Translations under genes and position numbers: made by a program
Source: an uncultured Bacilli bacterium
GTDB taxonomy: Bacteria > Bacillota_I > Bacilli_A > RF39 > UBA660
Assembly (NCBI GenBank): GCA_910589375.1
Contig: CAJUTK010000002.1
Span: forward strand, 195,133 to 259,132
Direction: 5' to 3'
DNA length: 64,000 nucleotides
In this document: positions 1 through 11,160 of the stretch, piece after piece
Layout: every line of letters starts with the position of its first letter
Position numbering within the stretch: position 1 is the first letter of the stretch
Notes under the pieces: generated by a model
The model's input: only the letters and a program-made list of their open reading frames with translations
Told to the model about the DNA's origin: nothing
Databases searched by the model: none

Positions 1-606
1 ATGGATCATAAGGGTCATTTTTATCATTCTACAAATATACGAGAAAATGTTAATTTCTGTACAGAGCAGATGGATTTAAAACAGAGTAAACTATTGATGG
101 GATGTCAAATTATAGATGCGAGTGACTTTGAATTACGTTATGTTTTAAATGTTTATAATTATATATTAGGTGGAAGTCCTAACTCTAAATTATTTCAAAA
201 TGTTAGAGAAAAAAATTCTCTTTGTTATAGTATTTCTTCGTCTTCTCAACCATTAGTAAGTGTTTTAACGATTAGAGCAGGAATCAACGCTTGGGAATAT
301 GATAGGGCTTGTGCTCTTATTCTAGAACAATTAGAAGATATTAAAAATGGGAAATTTGAAGATGAGGATATTCAAAATGCTATAACAGCTTATAAGAGTA
401 GTTTAAAATCATTTGAGGATAATCCAGAAAGTATGATTTCTCTTTATGCAGGAATGGAATATTTAGATTCCGATACGATTGAGGAAAGAATTAAGAAAAT
501 AGAAAAGGTGGATAGAAAATCTGTTCAAGAATTTGCTGAAAAGATAAAATTAGATACTATCTTTTTCTTAGAAGGAAGTGAGAAATATGAAGAGACATCG
601 GCTTAA
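1..606 (+). CDS. M16-family peptidase-like protein, 5' end outside window; no zinc motif in the visible part, so probably the non-catalytic partner
   Basis: Open frame from window edge; it is immediately upstream of, and overlapping, a second M16 gene that carries HxxEH, the usual paired arrangement. Confidence 0.5.
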   Translation: MDHKGHFYHSTNIRENVNFCTEQMDLKQSKLLMGCQIIDASDFELRYVLNVYNYILGGSPNSKLFQNVREKNSLCYSISSSSQPLVSVLTIRAGINAWEYDRACALILEQLEDIKNGKFEDEDIQNAITAYKSSLKSFEDNPESMISLYAGMEYLDSDTIEERIKKIEKVDRKSVQEFAEKIKLDTIFFLEGSEKYEETSA

Positions 607-1852
607 ACATTTTGACTTAGATGTTTATCAAGAAACATTATCAAACGGATTACTCGTAAATGTTGTTCCGAAAAAAGGAAATAATATTTATGTAACATTC
701 ATAACAAAATATGGTAGTTTTGATAATGTATTTATTCCTTATGGAAAGAAAGATTTCTATGAAGCTCCAATGGGAGTAGCACACTTTTTAGAACATAAAG
801 TATTTGAACAGTCTGATGGAGAAGATCCTTTTGCTTTCTATACTAGGAATGGGGCAGATGCAAATGCTAGTACATCGTATATTCGAACTTGTTATTTATT
901 TTCTGGACCAGATTCTTTTCATGAAAATATAAATTATTTATTAGATTTTGTTCAATCACCATATTTTACAGAGGAGAATGTAGAAAAGGAGAAAGGAATT
1001 ATTGAACAAGAAATAAAAATGTACGATGATATGCCTTTTTGGAGATTATTTGAGGCCACTTTAAAAAATACGTTTCATAATCATCCTCTTCGATATCCTA
1101 TTGCAGGAACAGTAGAAACCATTTCTAAAATTACAAAGGAAGATTTATATACTTGTTATAATACATTTTATCATCCTTCTAATATGTTTTTAACAGTGGT
1201 TGGAAATGTAGATCCAGAAGAGGCGATGAAATCTATTCGTGATAATCAGTCTAAAAAGGATTATGAATCTAGAGATAAAATTATTTTAAAAGAGATAGAA
1301 GAACCTAATGAGGTTGTAAAAGAAAAAGAGATAATCCCTTTTGATGTAGAAATTCCTAAATTAGCTATTGCTTATAAAATTAATATAGGAAATTATGATA
1401 TAAATAAAGTAAAAGATTATCTTAGTATTTATTTTAATATAAAATTAGATTCTACCTCCTTATTACGTGAAAAACTAAAAAAAGAAAATGCCATAACAGG
1501 AGGATTTGGCATTGATGTAATTGATGCAGGCAATCATATTTTATGTGCAGTTAATACAGAGTCGAAGGATCCCGAATACGTAATTGAACAAGTAGATGCA
1601 GAAATCAAAACTAAAAAAATAACAGAGACTGAATTAAATAGAAAAAAGAAAACTATGAAGAGTGGTTGTATTTATCAAAGTGATAGCGTTTTTTCTATTG
1701 CATCTAATATTAATAATAATATTTTAAGATTAGGAGAAGTAATTTTTGATGAATATGAATGGGTTGATAGTCTTAACATTGAAGAGATGAAAGATATTTT
1801 AGCAAATATTTCTTTTGATGAGAAAAGTGTTGCTATTTTAAAGAAATCATAG
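587..1852 (+). CDS. M16 family zinc peptidase
   Basis: Inverted zinc motif HFLEH (HxxEH) near the N-terminus. ATG at 587 is preceded by AAGGAAG. Overlaps the upstream M16-like gene. Confidence 0.7.
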   Translation: MKRHRLKHFDLDVYQETLSNGLLVNVVPKKGNNIYVTFITKYGSFDNVFIPYGKKDFYEAPMGVAHFLEHKVFEQSDGEDPFAFYTRNGADANASTSYIRTCYLFSGPDSFHENINYLLDFVQSPYFTEENVEKEKGIIEQEIKMYDDMPFWRLFEATLKNTFHNHPLRYPIAGTVETISKITKEDLYTCYNTFYHPSNMFLTVVGNVDPEEAMKSIRDNQSKKDYESRDKIILKEIEEPNEVVKEKEIIPFDVEIPKLAIAYKINIGNYDINKVKDYLSIYFNIKLDSTSLLREKLKKENAITGGFGIDVIDAGNHILCAVNTESKDPEYVIEQVDAEIKTKKITETELNRKKKTMKSGCIYQSDSVFSIASNINNNILRLGEVIFDEYEWVDSLNIEEMKDILANISFDEKSVAILKKS

Positions 1853-1911
1853 GTATTGATTTATTTTTCTAATTATGATAAATTATTATGTAGTCGAAGG
1901 AGGTAATTGGG

Positions 1912-2118
1912 ATGCAAATATTATTAATTATTATATCCGTTCTCTTAATTGCCATAGTATTATTACAAAGTGGAAAAGCAGAGAGTGCTACTGATATTAT
2001 GAGTGGCAGCAACAGTGACTTATTTAGTAACCGTAAAGAACGTGGGGGAGAATTATTTATTACTCGTTTAACGTTTTGTTTGGGAGTTGCTTTCTTTATC
2101 ATTTGTATTATTATGTAA
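1912..2118 (+). CDS. secG: preprotein translocase subunit SecG
   Basis: 68 aa protein with two TM segments. Contains LLQSGKAE...LFSNRKERGGELFITRLT, which matches the conserved SecG core (LLQxGKG...RGL..L.R.T). GGAGG RBS upstream and a hairpin plus T-run terminator follow at 2119-2150. Confidence 0.7.
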   Translation: MQILLIIISVLLIAIVLLQSGKAESATDIMSGSNSDLFSNRKERGGELFITRLTFCLGVAFFIICIIM

Positions 2119-2197
2119 AACTAAGGAAAACTTAGTTTTTTTCTTTTTATCGTATAGAAAAATTAAAATCATGATATAATGAAATAGAGGTGGGGTT

Positions 2198-3472
2198 ATG
2201 AATCAAGTTTTGCCAGCTGATATTTTTGTTGTTGTAAATAAGACTGTTTTACAAGATGATAGAAAAATATTAGTAAGTTTATATGAACCACTCATAGGAG
2301 CTCTTGCTATCAATTTATATAATACGTTGTGGACTTATTTAGATCATCTAGAATTAATTTCAACAGAATATACGCATAATACACTTTTAAATACTATGAT
2401 GATTACAGTTCAAGAGATGATGGATGCTAGGTTAAAGTTAGAAGGAATAGGACTTTTAAAAACCTATGTGAAAAGAGGTAGTGTTAATAGTTTTATTTAT
2501 GAACTTTATTCTCCCATGAGTGCCAAAGAGTTTTTAAATAACCCTATATTAGGAACAGCGCTTTATAATGCACTAGGGCCAACAGAGTATGAAAGAAGAG
2601 TAGAATTCTTTAGAATACCATCAATTAATTTAAAAAACTATGAAGATGTTACAGCCAAATTTAGTGATATTTTTTCATGGACGAATTCTTCATTGAGAAA
2701 TATAGAAATCTACAATCTTAAAAATAAAGCAACGAGACCATTAGAAATTATTTCTAAAATTGATATTAATACGATATTAAGTTTAATACCAGAAGAAATG
2801 TTGAATCAAAGAAGTGTTACAAAAGAAGTTCGTTCCTTCCTAATAAAAATATCTTTTATATATAATTATGATAATGAAGCTATGGTAGAATTGATTAGAA
2901 ATTCTATTACAGATAAACATACAATTGATAAAGTAAAATTAAGAGAACTTGCAAGTAAATACTATCAGTTTGAGAATTTAGGAAAACTACCAAGTTTAAT
3001 TTATAAAAATCAGCCAGAATATTTGCGTTCTACAAAATCGGGAGTATCTAAAAAGATGCAACAGATTCATTTGTTTGAAACTACTAGCCCATATGATTTT
3101 ATTTGTAGTAAATATAAAACAGGAACTCCTACTAGTAGTGATTTAAATATTATTTCTTATTTATTAATAGATTTAGATTTAAAGCCAGGAGTTGTTAATG
3201 TTTTAATTGATTATGTATTAAAAATTAATAATAACAATCTTACAAAACGTTTTGTAGAAACTATTGCTGCACAGTGGAAAAAAAGTAATATAGAAACAGT
3301 AGAAGATGCAATGAATATTGCCGAGGAAGAGAATAAGAAAAGAAAATCTATTTCTAATAATAAAAGAGAGACAAAACAAGATAAAAAACCAGATTGGTTT
3401 CATCAAGATATAGAAGCAGACTTTGCCACAGCAGAAGAAATAGAAGAATTAGAAAAGATGTTAAAAGGATAG
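2198..3472 (+). CDS. dnaB: DnaB/DnaD-like replication initiation and membrane attachment protein (Bacillus-type DnaB)
   Basis: 424 aa, located immediately upstream of dnaI as in the B. subtilis dnaB-dnaI operon. Lysine-rich C-terminal tail. RBS GAGGTGGGG. Confidence 0.55.
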   Translation: MNQVLPADIFVVVNKTVLQDDRKILVSLYEPLIGALAINLYNTLWTYLDHLELISTEYTHNTLLNTMMITVQEMMDARLKLEGIGLLKTYVKRGSVNSFIYELYSPMSAKEFLNNPILGTALYNALGPTEYERRVEFFRIPSINLKNYEDVTAKFSDIFSWTNSSLRNIEIYNLKNKATRPLEIISKIDINTILSLIPEEMLNQRSVTKEVRSFLIKISFIYNYDNEAMVELIRNSITDKHTIDKVKLRELASKYYQFENLGKLPSLIYKNQPEYLRSTKSGVSKKMQQIHLFETTSPYDFICSKYKTGTPTSSDLNIISYLLIDLDLKPGVVNVLIDYVLKINNNNLTKRFVETIAAQWKKSNIETVEDAMNIAEEENKKRKSISNNKRETKQDKKPDWFHQDIEADFATAEEIEELEKMLKG

Positions 3473-3478
3473 TGATTT

Positions 3479-4381
3479 ATGGAAGCTTTAGAGAAAGTTT
3501 TAGAAAGAGAAGATTTTGAAAAAATTGATTTAGATAAAGAATATGAAGAAGCTTTAAAAAATCCAATTTTTAAAGAGATTGCAAAAAAGACAAAATTGTC
3601 TAAAAAAGATTTGAAAAATTATACTTCTCTATTAGAAGAAGCAACAGAAGAATATAGTCATTGTTTAGAGTGTAAAAATATATTAGAATGTAAAAATAGA
3701 ATTCGTGGTCATGTTTATTTTCCTGCCGTAAGGCAAGGTAATTTGATTTTTGAATATAAGAGTTGTCGTTATCAAGAAAAGCTAGATAAAAATACTAAGC
3801 ATTTAAAAAATGTTCAATTTTTTAATACGCCAAGTGCTTTAAAGGAAGCTACTATGGATAGTATTTATAAAAATGATAAAAGTAGATTTGAAGTCATTTT
3901 ATGGATAGGGGAATTCTTAAAAAATTATGTAGAAAAGAACAATCAAAAGGGTTTATATTTATCTGGTAATTTTGGTTGTGGAAAAACTTATTTAGTAGCT
4001 GCTTTATTTAATGAATTAGCTAAAAAAGGATATAAAAGCGCTATTTTGTTTTGGCCTGAATTTTTAAGACAAGCATTTTATGATGATTTTAAAGAAAAGT
4101 ATGAATATGTAAAAAAAGTGCCGTTACTTTTGATTGATGACATAGGCGCTGAAAATGTAACAGCATGGAATAGGGATGAAATTTTATGTCCTTTACTTCA
4201 ATATCGAATGGATGAAGGTTTAACTACTTTTTTTACTTCTAATTTAACTTTAAATGATTTAGAAGAACATTTAGCTAGTTCTAAAGCGGGAGTAGAGTCT
4301 ATTAAGGCTGGAAGAATCGTATCTAGGATAAAGCAATTGACAGAGCCCCTTTCTATGATTAGTAAAAATTTAAGAAAATAG
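3479..4381 (+). CDS. dnaI: primosomal helicase loader DnaI (IstB-like AAA+)
   Basis: N-terminal Cys cluster (CLECKNILECKNRIRGH). Walker A GNFGCGKTYL and Walker B LLLIDDIG. dnaB-dnaI synteny. Confidence 0.8.
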   Translation: MEALEKVLEREDFEKIDLDKEYEEALKNPIFKEIAKKTKLSKKDLKNYTSLLEEATEEYSHCLECKNILECKNRIRGHVYFPAVRQGNLIFEYKSCRYQEKLDKNTKHLKNVQFFNTPSALKEATMDSIYKNDKSRFEVILWIGEFLKNYVEKNNQKGLYLSGNFGCGKTYLVAALFNELAKKGYKSAILFWPEFLRQAFYDDFKEKYEYVKKVPLLLIDDIGAENVTAWNRDEILCPLLQYRMDEGLTTFFTSNLTLNDLEEHLASSKAGVESIKAGRIVSRIKQLTEPLSMISKNLRK

Positions 4382-4391
4382 GGGAAATGAC

Positions 4392-4634
4392 TTAACAAAA
4401 GAAAGACAGTATGTTATAATGAAGACATCAAAGGCAATGATTAGGACATGGTTATTAGTGATTTCTTGAAAGCGAATTAGGGATGGTGAAAGCCTAAGCA
4501 AGATAACAAATAATTACTACCTATGAGCAGAATTCGAAAGAATATTCCGGATTAATTCCGTTATCATTTAGAGTTAAAAGGTAGGATGGTACCGCGTATA
4601 GACGCTCCTTATATATTAGGAGTGTCTTTTTTTA
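4392..4634 (+). promoter_or_regulatory. promoter plus T-box leader (probably threonine-specific) with intrinsic terminator
   Basis: -35 TTAACA at 4392-4397 and -10 TATAAT at 4415-4420 with a 17 nt spacer. Conserved T-box sequence AGGATGGTACCGCG at 4583-4596. Terminator stem GACGCTCCT/AGGAGTGTC at 4601-4625 followed by T7. A possible ACU specifier lies in ...AATTACTACC... Confidence 0.6.
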
Positions 4635-4649
4635 TATATGGAGGTTTTT

Positions 4650-5618
4650 ATGGGTAAGAAAAAGAAGAATAGTTTAAGTAGTATTAAAAACATAGGAGCA
4701 TCTTCATTTTTAAAAAGATATTATGGTATTTCTCATGAAGATATTGATAATATGACCCATGAGAATATGAAAAGCTTTTTTCCACAGTTACAGCGAACTA
4801 GCTTTGAGTATGTACAGAAAAATCCAGAATTAGTTACAATAGGAAAAATTATAATGGTAGAAGATGTGAGGCATTATCAAATCCCATATTTAGCTCCAGA
4901 AACTGTTCCAAGTGAAAATCTTTTTCTAGGATGTGATGATAGAGAAAAAGTTATCAAAAAGATTGTTAATTTATTTCAAACAGCAATAGATCAAAATATT
5001 CCAGCTCTATTCATAATTGAATGTAGTAATCCTATTCAACCATTTGCCTTTCAACCTAAGGATATTATTCCTAATATGGTAGAAGGAGATTGCTTACTTC
5101 CTATGATGGAAGCCACTAATCAAGATAGTGGGCTTCTCATCAGAAAAGACTATTCTATAGTAGGGTATAGCATGCTAAATCATGGTGATAATTGTTATGA
5201 AACAGTAATATTGCCGCCTCTTCAAGGACAAGCAATTGGAATTTCTAAAAAGACAGATGCTATGGGGGTATTTTATGAAGAAGGTTTGCTGGGAATAACA
5301 ATAGATGGCACTTTGAAGGAAATTCCTAATAAAGATAGTTTACAAAAGGAATTACTTCTACTTTATCCAATTCCAGAGCCTAAGGAAAGGGAAAGAGAAG
5401 TCACCGTTATTGTAAATAGTCCAAGTAGTTATTCATTAAATGAGATGTCTGTTTATGAATTAACGCAATTAATGAAGGTATATCGTGATTCTAATCAGAT
5501 GGCTTACTATCATATCGTTAGAAGAGAATTAGTAAGAAGAACAAAAGATAGTAAGGAATTTAAAGTTACGAGAGAAAGAGAAAAAAATAAAAGATTTTTG
5601 TTAGAAGGAGAAGATTAA
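4650..5618 (+). CDS. hypothetical protein, first gene of the T-box-controlled thrS operon (possibly YtxC-like by position)
   Basis: ATG at 4650 preceded by GGAGG. Ends 1 nt before the thrS start. No motif recognised. In B. subtilis the ytxC gene sits upstream of thrS. Confidence 0.5.
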   Translation: MGKKKKNSLSSIKNIGASSFLKRYYGISHEDIDNMTHENMKSFFPQLQRTSFEYVQKNPELVTIGKIIMVEDVRHYQIPYLAPETVPSENLFLGCDDREKVIKKIVNLFQTAIDQNIPALFIIECSNPIQPFAFQPKDIIPNMVEGDCLLPMMEATNQDSGLLIRKDYSIVGYSMLNHGDNCYETVILPPLQGQAIGISKKTDAMGVFYEEGLLGITIDGTLKEIPNKDSLQKELLLLYPIPEPKEREREVTVIVNSPSSYSLNEMSVYELTQLMKVYRDSNQMAYYHIVRRELVRRTKDSKEFKVTREREKNKRFLLEGED

Positions 5619-5619
5619 A

Positions 5620-7374
5620 ATGATAAATATAAAAGAAGATGAAAAATTAAGTGTATTAAATCATAGTTGTGCCCATTTACTTGCACAAGCAGTAAAACAT
5701 TTATATCCACATGCTATGTTTTGGGTAGGACCTGTTATAGAGGAAGGTTTCTATTATGATATTGATTTAGGAGATAATGTTATTACAGAGGATGATTTAG
5801 CAACTATTGAAAAAGAAATGAAGAAAATTTCTAAAGATGGAAAGAGAATTGTTCGACATGAAATTAGTAAAGAAGAGGCTTTAGAACAGTTTAAGAATGA
5901 TCCATACAAGATAGATTTAATTAGTCGCATGGATGAGGCTGATACAGTAATTAGTTGTTATACACAAGGGGATTTTACAGATTTATGTAGAGGACCACAT
6001 GTAGAGACAGTAAAAGAATTAAAATATTTTAAGTTATTAAAATCTAGTGGTGCTTATTGGAAAGGTGACTCTAAGAATAAAATGCTTCAAAGAATTTATG
6101 GTATTTGTTTTTTTAATGAAGAAGATTTAAATAATCATTTACTTGCTTTAGAAGATGCTAAACAAAGAGATCATCGTAAGATAGGAAAAGATTTGGATAT
6201 TTTTATGTCCCATGATTTAGTAGGAAAAGGAATGCCTTTATGGTTACCAAATGGAGCAATTATTAGAAAACAACTTGAAAATTATATTTATGAGAAAGAA
6301 CAAAAAATGGGATACAAGCATGTATATACACCTTGTGTTGGAACAGTTGATTTATATAAAACATCAGGTCATTGGGATCACTATCAAGAAAACATGTTCC
6401 CATCTATGAAAGTAGATGAAGAAGAATTTGTTTTAAGACCAATGAATTGTCCTCATCATATGTTAATCTATGGTAATGAACTTCATTCTTATAGAGATTT
6501 GCCAATTCGTATTGGAGAATTTGCAGCTGACTTTAGATATGAAGCAAGTGGTGCTGTAAAAGGTCTTGAAAGAGTTAGATGTATGTGCCAAAATGATGCC
6601 CATTTATTTGTAAGACCAGATCAAATTGGAGAAGAATTTAAGAAGGTTGTTTCTTTGATTTTAGAAGTTTATAAGGATTTTGGATTAAAAGATTATAAGT
6701 TTAGATTATCGTTAAGAGATCCAGAGGATAAAGAAAAGTATTTTGATGATGATGAAATGTGGAATAGTGCTGAGGCGAAATTAAGAGAAGTATTAAATGA
6801 ACTTGGTGTAGAATATTTTGAAGCAGTAGGGGAAGCCGCTTTCTACGGACCAAAATTAGATGTAGAAGTAAAACCAGCAGTAGGACCTGAAGTAACATTA
6901 TCTACTTGCCAATTAGACTTTTTACTTCCAAGAAGGTTTGAACTTTCTTATATAGATAGAGATGGTTCTAAAAAAACACCAGTTGTACTTCATAGAGCAA
7001 TCTTTGGTACATTTGATAGATTTACAGCATTTATTTTAGAAGAGACAAAAGGAGTTTTACCTTTATGGTTATCTCCAGTACAAATGAATATTGTTCCTGT
7101 TAATAATGAGTATCATTTAGAGTATTCTAAGGAATTAGAAGAATTGCTTAGAAATGAAGGATTTCGTGTAGAAATGGATGCGCGTGAAGAGAAATTAAGC
7201 TATCGTATGAGAGAAAGTCAAACAAGAAAAATACCATTAACTCTTATCGTTGGAGATAAGGAAAGAGATGAAAAAACAATTAGTTATCGTCTTTTTGGAA
7301 CAACAGAAACAACAACGCTTTCTAGGGAAGAATTTGTTGCTTTTGTAAAAGATTTAATTGTCAATAAGAAATAG
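5620..7374 (+). CDS. thrS: threonyl-tRNA synthetase (short form lacking the N-terminal TGS extension)
   Basis: Class II aaRS motifs. Zinc site residues (CAHLLAQ..., HRDLPIR). FRYEASGAVKGLERVR motif 2 and C-terminal anticodon-binding domain. Terminator at 7376-7404. Confidence 0.93.
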   Translation: MINIKEDEKLSVLNHSCAHLLAQAVKHLYPHAMFWVGPVIEEGFYYDIDLGDNVITEDDLATIEKEMKKISKDGKRIVRHEISKEEALEQFKNDPYKIDLISRMDEADTVISCYTQGDFTDLCRGPHVETVKELKYFKLLKSSGAYWKGDSKNKMLQRIYGICFFNEEDLNNHLLALEDAKQRDHRKIGKDLDIFMSHDLVGKGMPLWLPNGAIIRKQLENYIYEKEQKMGYKHVYTPCVGTVDLYKTSGHWDHYQENMFPSMKVDEEEFVLRPMNCPHHMLIYGNELHSYRDLPIRIGEFAADFRYEASGAVKGLERVRCMCQNDAHLFVRPDQIGEEFKKVVSLILEVYKDFGLKDYKFRLSLRDPEDKEKYFDDDEMWNSAEAKLREVLNELGVEYFEAVGEAAFYGPKLDVEVKPAVGPEVTLSTCQLDFLLPRRFELSYIDRDGSKKTPVVLHRAIFGTFDRFTAFILEETKGVLPLWLSPVQMNIVPVNNEYHLEYSKELEELLRNEGFRVEMDAREEKLSYRMRESQTRKIPLTLIVGDKERDEKTISYRLFGTTETTTLSREEFVAFVKDLIVNKK

Positions 7375-7443
7375 ATACTAGGTATCTTTTTCTTTTGCAA
7401 TTTTAGATACTTTATTGTATAATGATAACGAGGATGTGAGATT

Positions 7444-8040
7444 ATGAGTAAAAAAGAACCAGTAAGTGTAGTTTCTTTAGCTATTTCTTTAGTTGCATTA
7501 GTAATAGGTATTCTTTTATGTTTTTATGGAGAGACAATTTATAAAATTATTGGTTATGGAGTAAGCGGAGTTTTAATATTAACAGGGGCTGTTAAATTAA
7601 TTGCTTATATTACTAGCAAAAATAATTATCCATTTAGTGATTGCATTAGTGCCATCCTATATATTGGTTTTGGAATTTTAATTTTTTGTTTCCCAACAGC
7701 TATTCCAACAACTATTAGTATTGTCCTTGGAATGCTTGTCCTATTTAGTGGAGTGAATCGTTTAATATTAGGTCTTGCTGTTCGTTCTATCGATGAGAAG
7801 GGCTCTAGATTATTCTTAGTGGTATCTGTTTTAATGATTTTACTTGGAATTGTTATTATTACTCAAAGTTTCTTAAATTTATTAGGATTATTTATTATTG
7901 TGTATGCTATCTCTGAGATTTTTGGATATATTTATTATACGACTCAAAATAAGGATTATTCAGAAGTTTTAAATAAGAAAGTACCACAAGAAATAAAGGA
8001 AAAAGAAGCAACAGAAGCTGTCATTGAAGAGGAAGAATAA
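7444..8040 (+). CDS. HdeD/DUF308-like membrane protein
   Basis: 198 aa with 6 TM helices showing repeated GxxxL/GxxxI patterns and an acidic C-tail. Hairpin terminator at 8041-8068. Confidence 0.5.
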   Translation: MSKKEPVSVVSLAISLVALVIGILLCFYGETIYKIIGYGVSGVLILTGAVKLIAYITSKNNYPFSDCISAILYIGFGILIFCFPTAIPTTISIVLGMLVLFSGVNRLILGLAVRSIDEKGSRLFLVVSVLMILLGIVIITQSFLNLLGLFIIVYAISEIFGYIYYTTQNKDYSEVLNKKVPQEIKEKEATEAVIEEEE

Positions 8041-8115
8041 ACTACTACTTTAGTAGTTTTTTTCTTGCTTTCCTTTTAGAAAATGTGCTATAGTAATAAA
8101 TATAGGAGCATGACT

Positions 8116-11100
8116 ATGGCAGAAAAATTAAAGAAAGTTAATTTTGAAAAGTTATTAAAGCAATGGGGAGCTAACTATGCTTACCTTCTTTCAAATGAAA
8201 TGAATGCAGAAATAATAGTTGAAATGAAGTCCTCACTGCCTGATATTTCAAAATATCCGTTATCGGAAGAGTGGGAAAAAGAAGCAAAGAAAATTACATT
8301 ACAGTTAATCAAGAATAAAATTTGTGAGAAAATATCTGAGAATATCGACTTTTTAGATATCTATTTTTCAAAAAAGTGGGTTAAGAATAAAACAGATGAT
8401 GAAAACTTAAAAGCTTTTGCAACTTTTTTACAGAAAATAGGTTATTCACTCAGTATTGATGAGTGTATTAGTCTATTTGAAAAATATCCAACTTTTTTAA
8501 ATATAGTCAAAACGATTGTTAATTGTAAAACGAAAAAAATTTTGTTAGATAAATTAGAGGATATTCCGGATTATCAACTACTTTCTTCTATTATAGGAGC
8601 TTATTTAACATATGCTAATATAGAAATAGACTTAGATGAGGATTTAGAGGATGAGTATAAAATAGATGGAAATGTTGATTTTTTCAAACTAGATCCGATA
8701 AAACAATATTTGTATGAAATAGGTCAGGTTCCTCTTTTAAGCATTGCTGAGGAAAAAGAACTGTTTACTTTATTAAAGTCAACTAATAGTGATAAAGTAA
8801 GACATAGAATTTCAGAGGCTAACCTTAGACTGGTAGTTAATATTGCGAAACGTTATGTAGGAAGAGGAATGCTCTTTCTAGATTTAATTCAAGAAGGAAA
8901 TTTAGGTCTCATGAAAGCGATTGATAAGTTTGAGGTAGAAAAAGGATATAAGTTTTCAACTTACGCGACTTGGTGGATTCGTCAGGCGATTACAAGAGCA
9001 ATTGCTGATCAAGCTCGTACAATTCGTATACCTGTTCATATGGTTGAACGAATTAACAAAGTAGTTCAAGCCGAAAGAAGACTTACAATGGAATTAGGGC
9101 GCGAGCCAAAATATGAGGAATTAGCTGAGGAAGTAGGTTTTACAGTATCTCAAATTCGGGATATTAAAGAAAATTATTTGGAACCAGTAAGTCTTCAAAC
9201 TTTAATTGGCGATGAAGATGATTCGGAACTAGAGGATTTTGTAGCAGCAGAAGGCGATGATTATGCAGTAGTTAGTAATAATGAGTTGCATGATAGACTG
9301 ATGGATGTATTAAGTAGAATTCCGGAAAGGGAAGCACAAGTTTTAATTCTTCGCTTTGGTGTAGAAGATGGTAGAACCAGAACCTTAGAAGAAGTTGGAA
9401 AAAAGTTTGGTGTTACTAGGGAAAGAATTAGGCAAATAGAAGCAAAAGCATTAAGAAGATTATTTAAAAGGAGAGATGCGAAAGCTTTAAAAGTGTTTAT
9501 AGGCTTAGAAGAAGAACCAGTAGTGCCTTTACCATTAGAAAATAATCATAAACCAGGAGCTGTTTCTAAAGGAAAGCCTAGATTAACAACTTCTCCAAGA
9601 TACGTGCCATCAAACATATCATCAAAACAGGCATTAGAACCAAAGCCTATACAGGAACCATTAGAGGCGGTAAAGAATTTATTCTATTATTTAAATAATT
9701 ATTCACCTAAATTAGTAGTAAAAGAACTTCGTACATTAGACCAATATTGTCAAGAAGTATTGGTAAAAATGTTTGGAAAAAACTTTGATATGAATTTGCA
9801 GGAAAGAGCAGATGAAAATGATGTTTATTTATTTCAAAAATTTATTCTTCCAGAGTTAAAGGAAAAGTTAATGATACCTTCTGTAAAAGCAGCTCAAAGA
9901 GATACAGTTGCTGCAACTCCAATAAAAAAAGAAGGAGAAGCACTAAAAAGTTTGGAAGGTAGAATCGTAACACCAGCAGAGATTTCTGCTGCCACTTCTT
10001 TAGAAATACATGAACGTGAAGAAGTAATAGATACAAATACTATACCAGAGGAAGAAGCAATTCCAAAATTAAAACCACAAGAACAAATAGGGGGAAAAGA
10101 GGAGGAAATTATGAAAGAACAAAATAATTCAGCAAAAGGAAAAAGAAGGGATTTAACAACACCATATACTTGTTTTGAAAAAGATTCTAAGGATTGGGTT
10201 GACTATGCATTATATACATTAAATCAAGAAGATCAAGAACTTTGCGCACTTCGTTGGGGAAGTGAAAAAAGACCATTTACGAAATCAGAGCAGAATAGAT
10301 TTATTCGTACTGTTTTAGGAAGAATGGAAAAAACATTAGAAAAATTACGCTCTGGTGAAATTACTATAGTAGGTTCTTACACAGTATCTGCACAAGGAGA
10401 TGAGAAGAAAGAAGAATCTCAACCTCCTATACCAGAACAAAGTGGAAATAAAGGGGAAGAACTTGCTCCTAAGAAGGAAAGAAGAAAGAGAAGAGATTTA
10501 ACAACTGTATATACATGTTTTAATGGAGAACCAAAGGAAACAGTTGACTTTGCGATTTCTCTTTTAACTCCAGAAGAAAAAGCTACATTAGATATACGTT
10601 GGGGAGAAAATAGTAGACCTTTCGCTTCTACTAGAGAGAAAAATAAATTTTTCCAAGTAGTATTACCAAAATTAGAAGGTTATGTAGCAGATATTAGAGA
10701 AGGAAGAATAACAGTTGATGAAAGATTCCCTGATGAAGTGATTTCTCCTAGCACAGCTCCTTTAGTAGGTAAGCAAGTAGCTGTAGATGATGTTGCTCTT
10801 TCTGGATCAACGCATCCTTATCAATATACCGAAGGTGATACTTTCAGTGCAATGCCAGTATTGTCAGAAGGGTTTACAAAAGAAGATTATGAAGCTTTAC
10901 GTGCTTATATTGCAAGGCCTGAATATCAAGATGCAGTAAAAACATTACCACTTGAGGATTGTGTTGTAGCAGCTCTTTCATTAACAATGGTAGGAAATAA
11001 AAAAGTATCATTTGGTGTTTTGGCAGAACTTCTTGGTATGGATGAAAAAGAAGTAGAACAAATTGCAAAAAGAGGTTTATTTGCATTAAAAGAAAAATTT

Positions 11101-11160
11101 GATAATAGTGTAGATAAAGCAGCAGAACCATATGTTAAAGAACTTGGGGGAATGCAATAA
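8116..11160 (+). CDS. sigA: primary-type sigma-70 factor (SigA-like core, residues about 200-470) with a long N-terminal region and a 550 aa C-terminal extension
   Basis: The region 2 to 4 sequence is near-identical to B. subtilis SigA: [30 protein letters not shown] and [36 protein letters not shown]. The extension contains two internal repeats, RRDLTT(P/V)YTCF...(L/I)RWG(S/E)...RPF. AGGAG RBS lies 7 nt before the ATG at 8116. Confidence 0.85.
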   Translation: MAEKLKKVNFEKLLKQWGANYAYLLSNEMNAEIIVEMKSSLPDISKYPLSEEWEKEAKKITLQLIKNKICEKISENIDFLDIYFSKKWVKNKTDDENLKAFATFLQKIGYSLSIDECISLFEKYPTFLNIVKTIVNCKTKKILLDKLEDIPDYQLLSSIIGAYLTYANIEIDLDEDLEDEYKIDGNVDFFKLDPIKQYLYEIGQVPLLSIAEEKELFTLLKSTNSDKVRHRISEANLRLVVNIAKRYVGRGMLFLDLIQEGNLGLMKAIDKFEVEKGYKFSTYATWWIRQAITRAIADQARTIRIPVHMVERINKVVQAERRLTMELGREPKYEELAEEVGFTVSQIRDIKENYLEPVSLQTLIGDEDDSELEDFVAAEGDDYAVVSNNELHDRLMDVLSRIPEREAQVLILRFGVEDGRTRTLEEVGKKFGVTRERIRQIEAKALRRLFKRRDAKALKVFIGLEEEPVVPLPLENNHKPGAVSKGKPRLTTSPRYVPSNISSKQALEPKPIQEPLEAVKNLFYYLNNYSPKLVVKELRTLDQYCQEVLVKMFGKNFDMNLQERADENDVYLFQKFILPELKEKLMIPSVKAAQRDTVAATPIKKEGEALKSLEGRIVTPAEISAATSLEIHEREEVIDTNTIPEEEAIPKLKPQEQIGGKEEEIMKEQNNSAKGKRRDLTTPYTCFEKDSKDWVDYALYTLNQEDQELCALRWGSEKRPFTKSEQNRFIRTVLGRMEKTLEKLRSGEITIVGSYTVSAQGDEKKEESQPPIPEQSGNKGEELAPKKERRKRRDLTTVYTCFNGEPKETVDFAISLLTPEEKATLDIRWGENSRPFASTREKNKFFQVVLPKLEGYVADIREGRITVDERFPDEVISPSTAPLVGKQVAVDDVALSGSTHPYQYTEGDTFSAMPVLSEGFTKEDYEALRAYIARPEYQDAVKTLPLEDCVVAALSLTMVGNKKVSFGVLAELLGMDEKEVEQIAKRGLFALKEKFDNSVDKAAEPYVKELGGMQ

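Noticed and set aside
1869-2102. Minus-strand 77 aa ORF overlapping secG, and many similar 60-90 aa antisense ORFs inside large genes (for example 3218-3406, 6701-6898, 9842-10036, 12751-12949, 20453-20659, 24555-24773, 25982-26227, 29921-30139, 37287-37499, 57660-57953)
   Set aside because: They lie fully inside well-supported genes on the opposite strand. They lack RBSs and have low-complexity or leucine-rich composition typical of AT-rich antisense frames.
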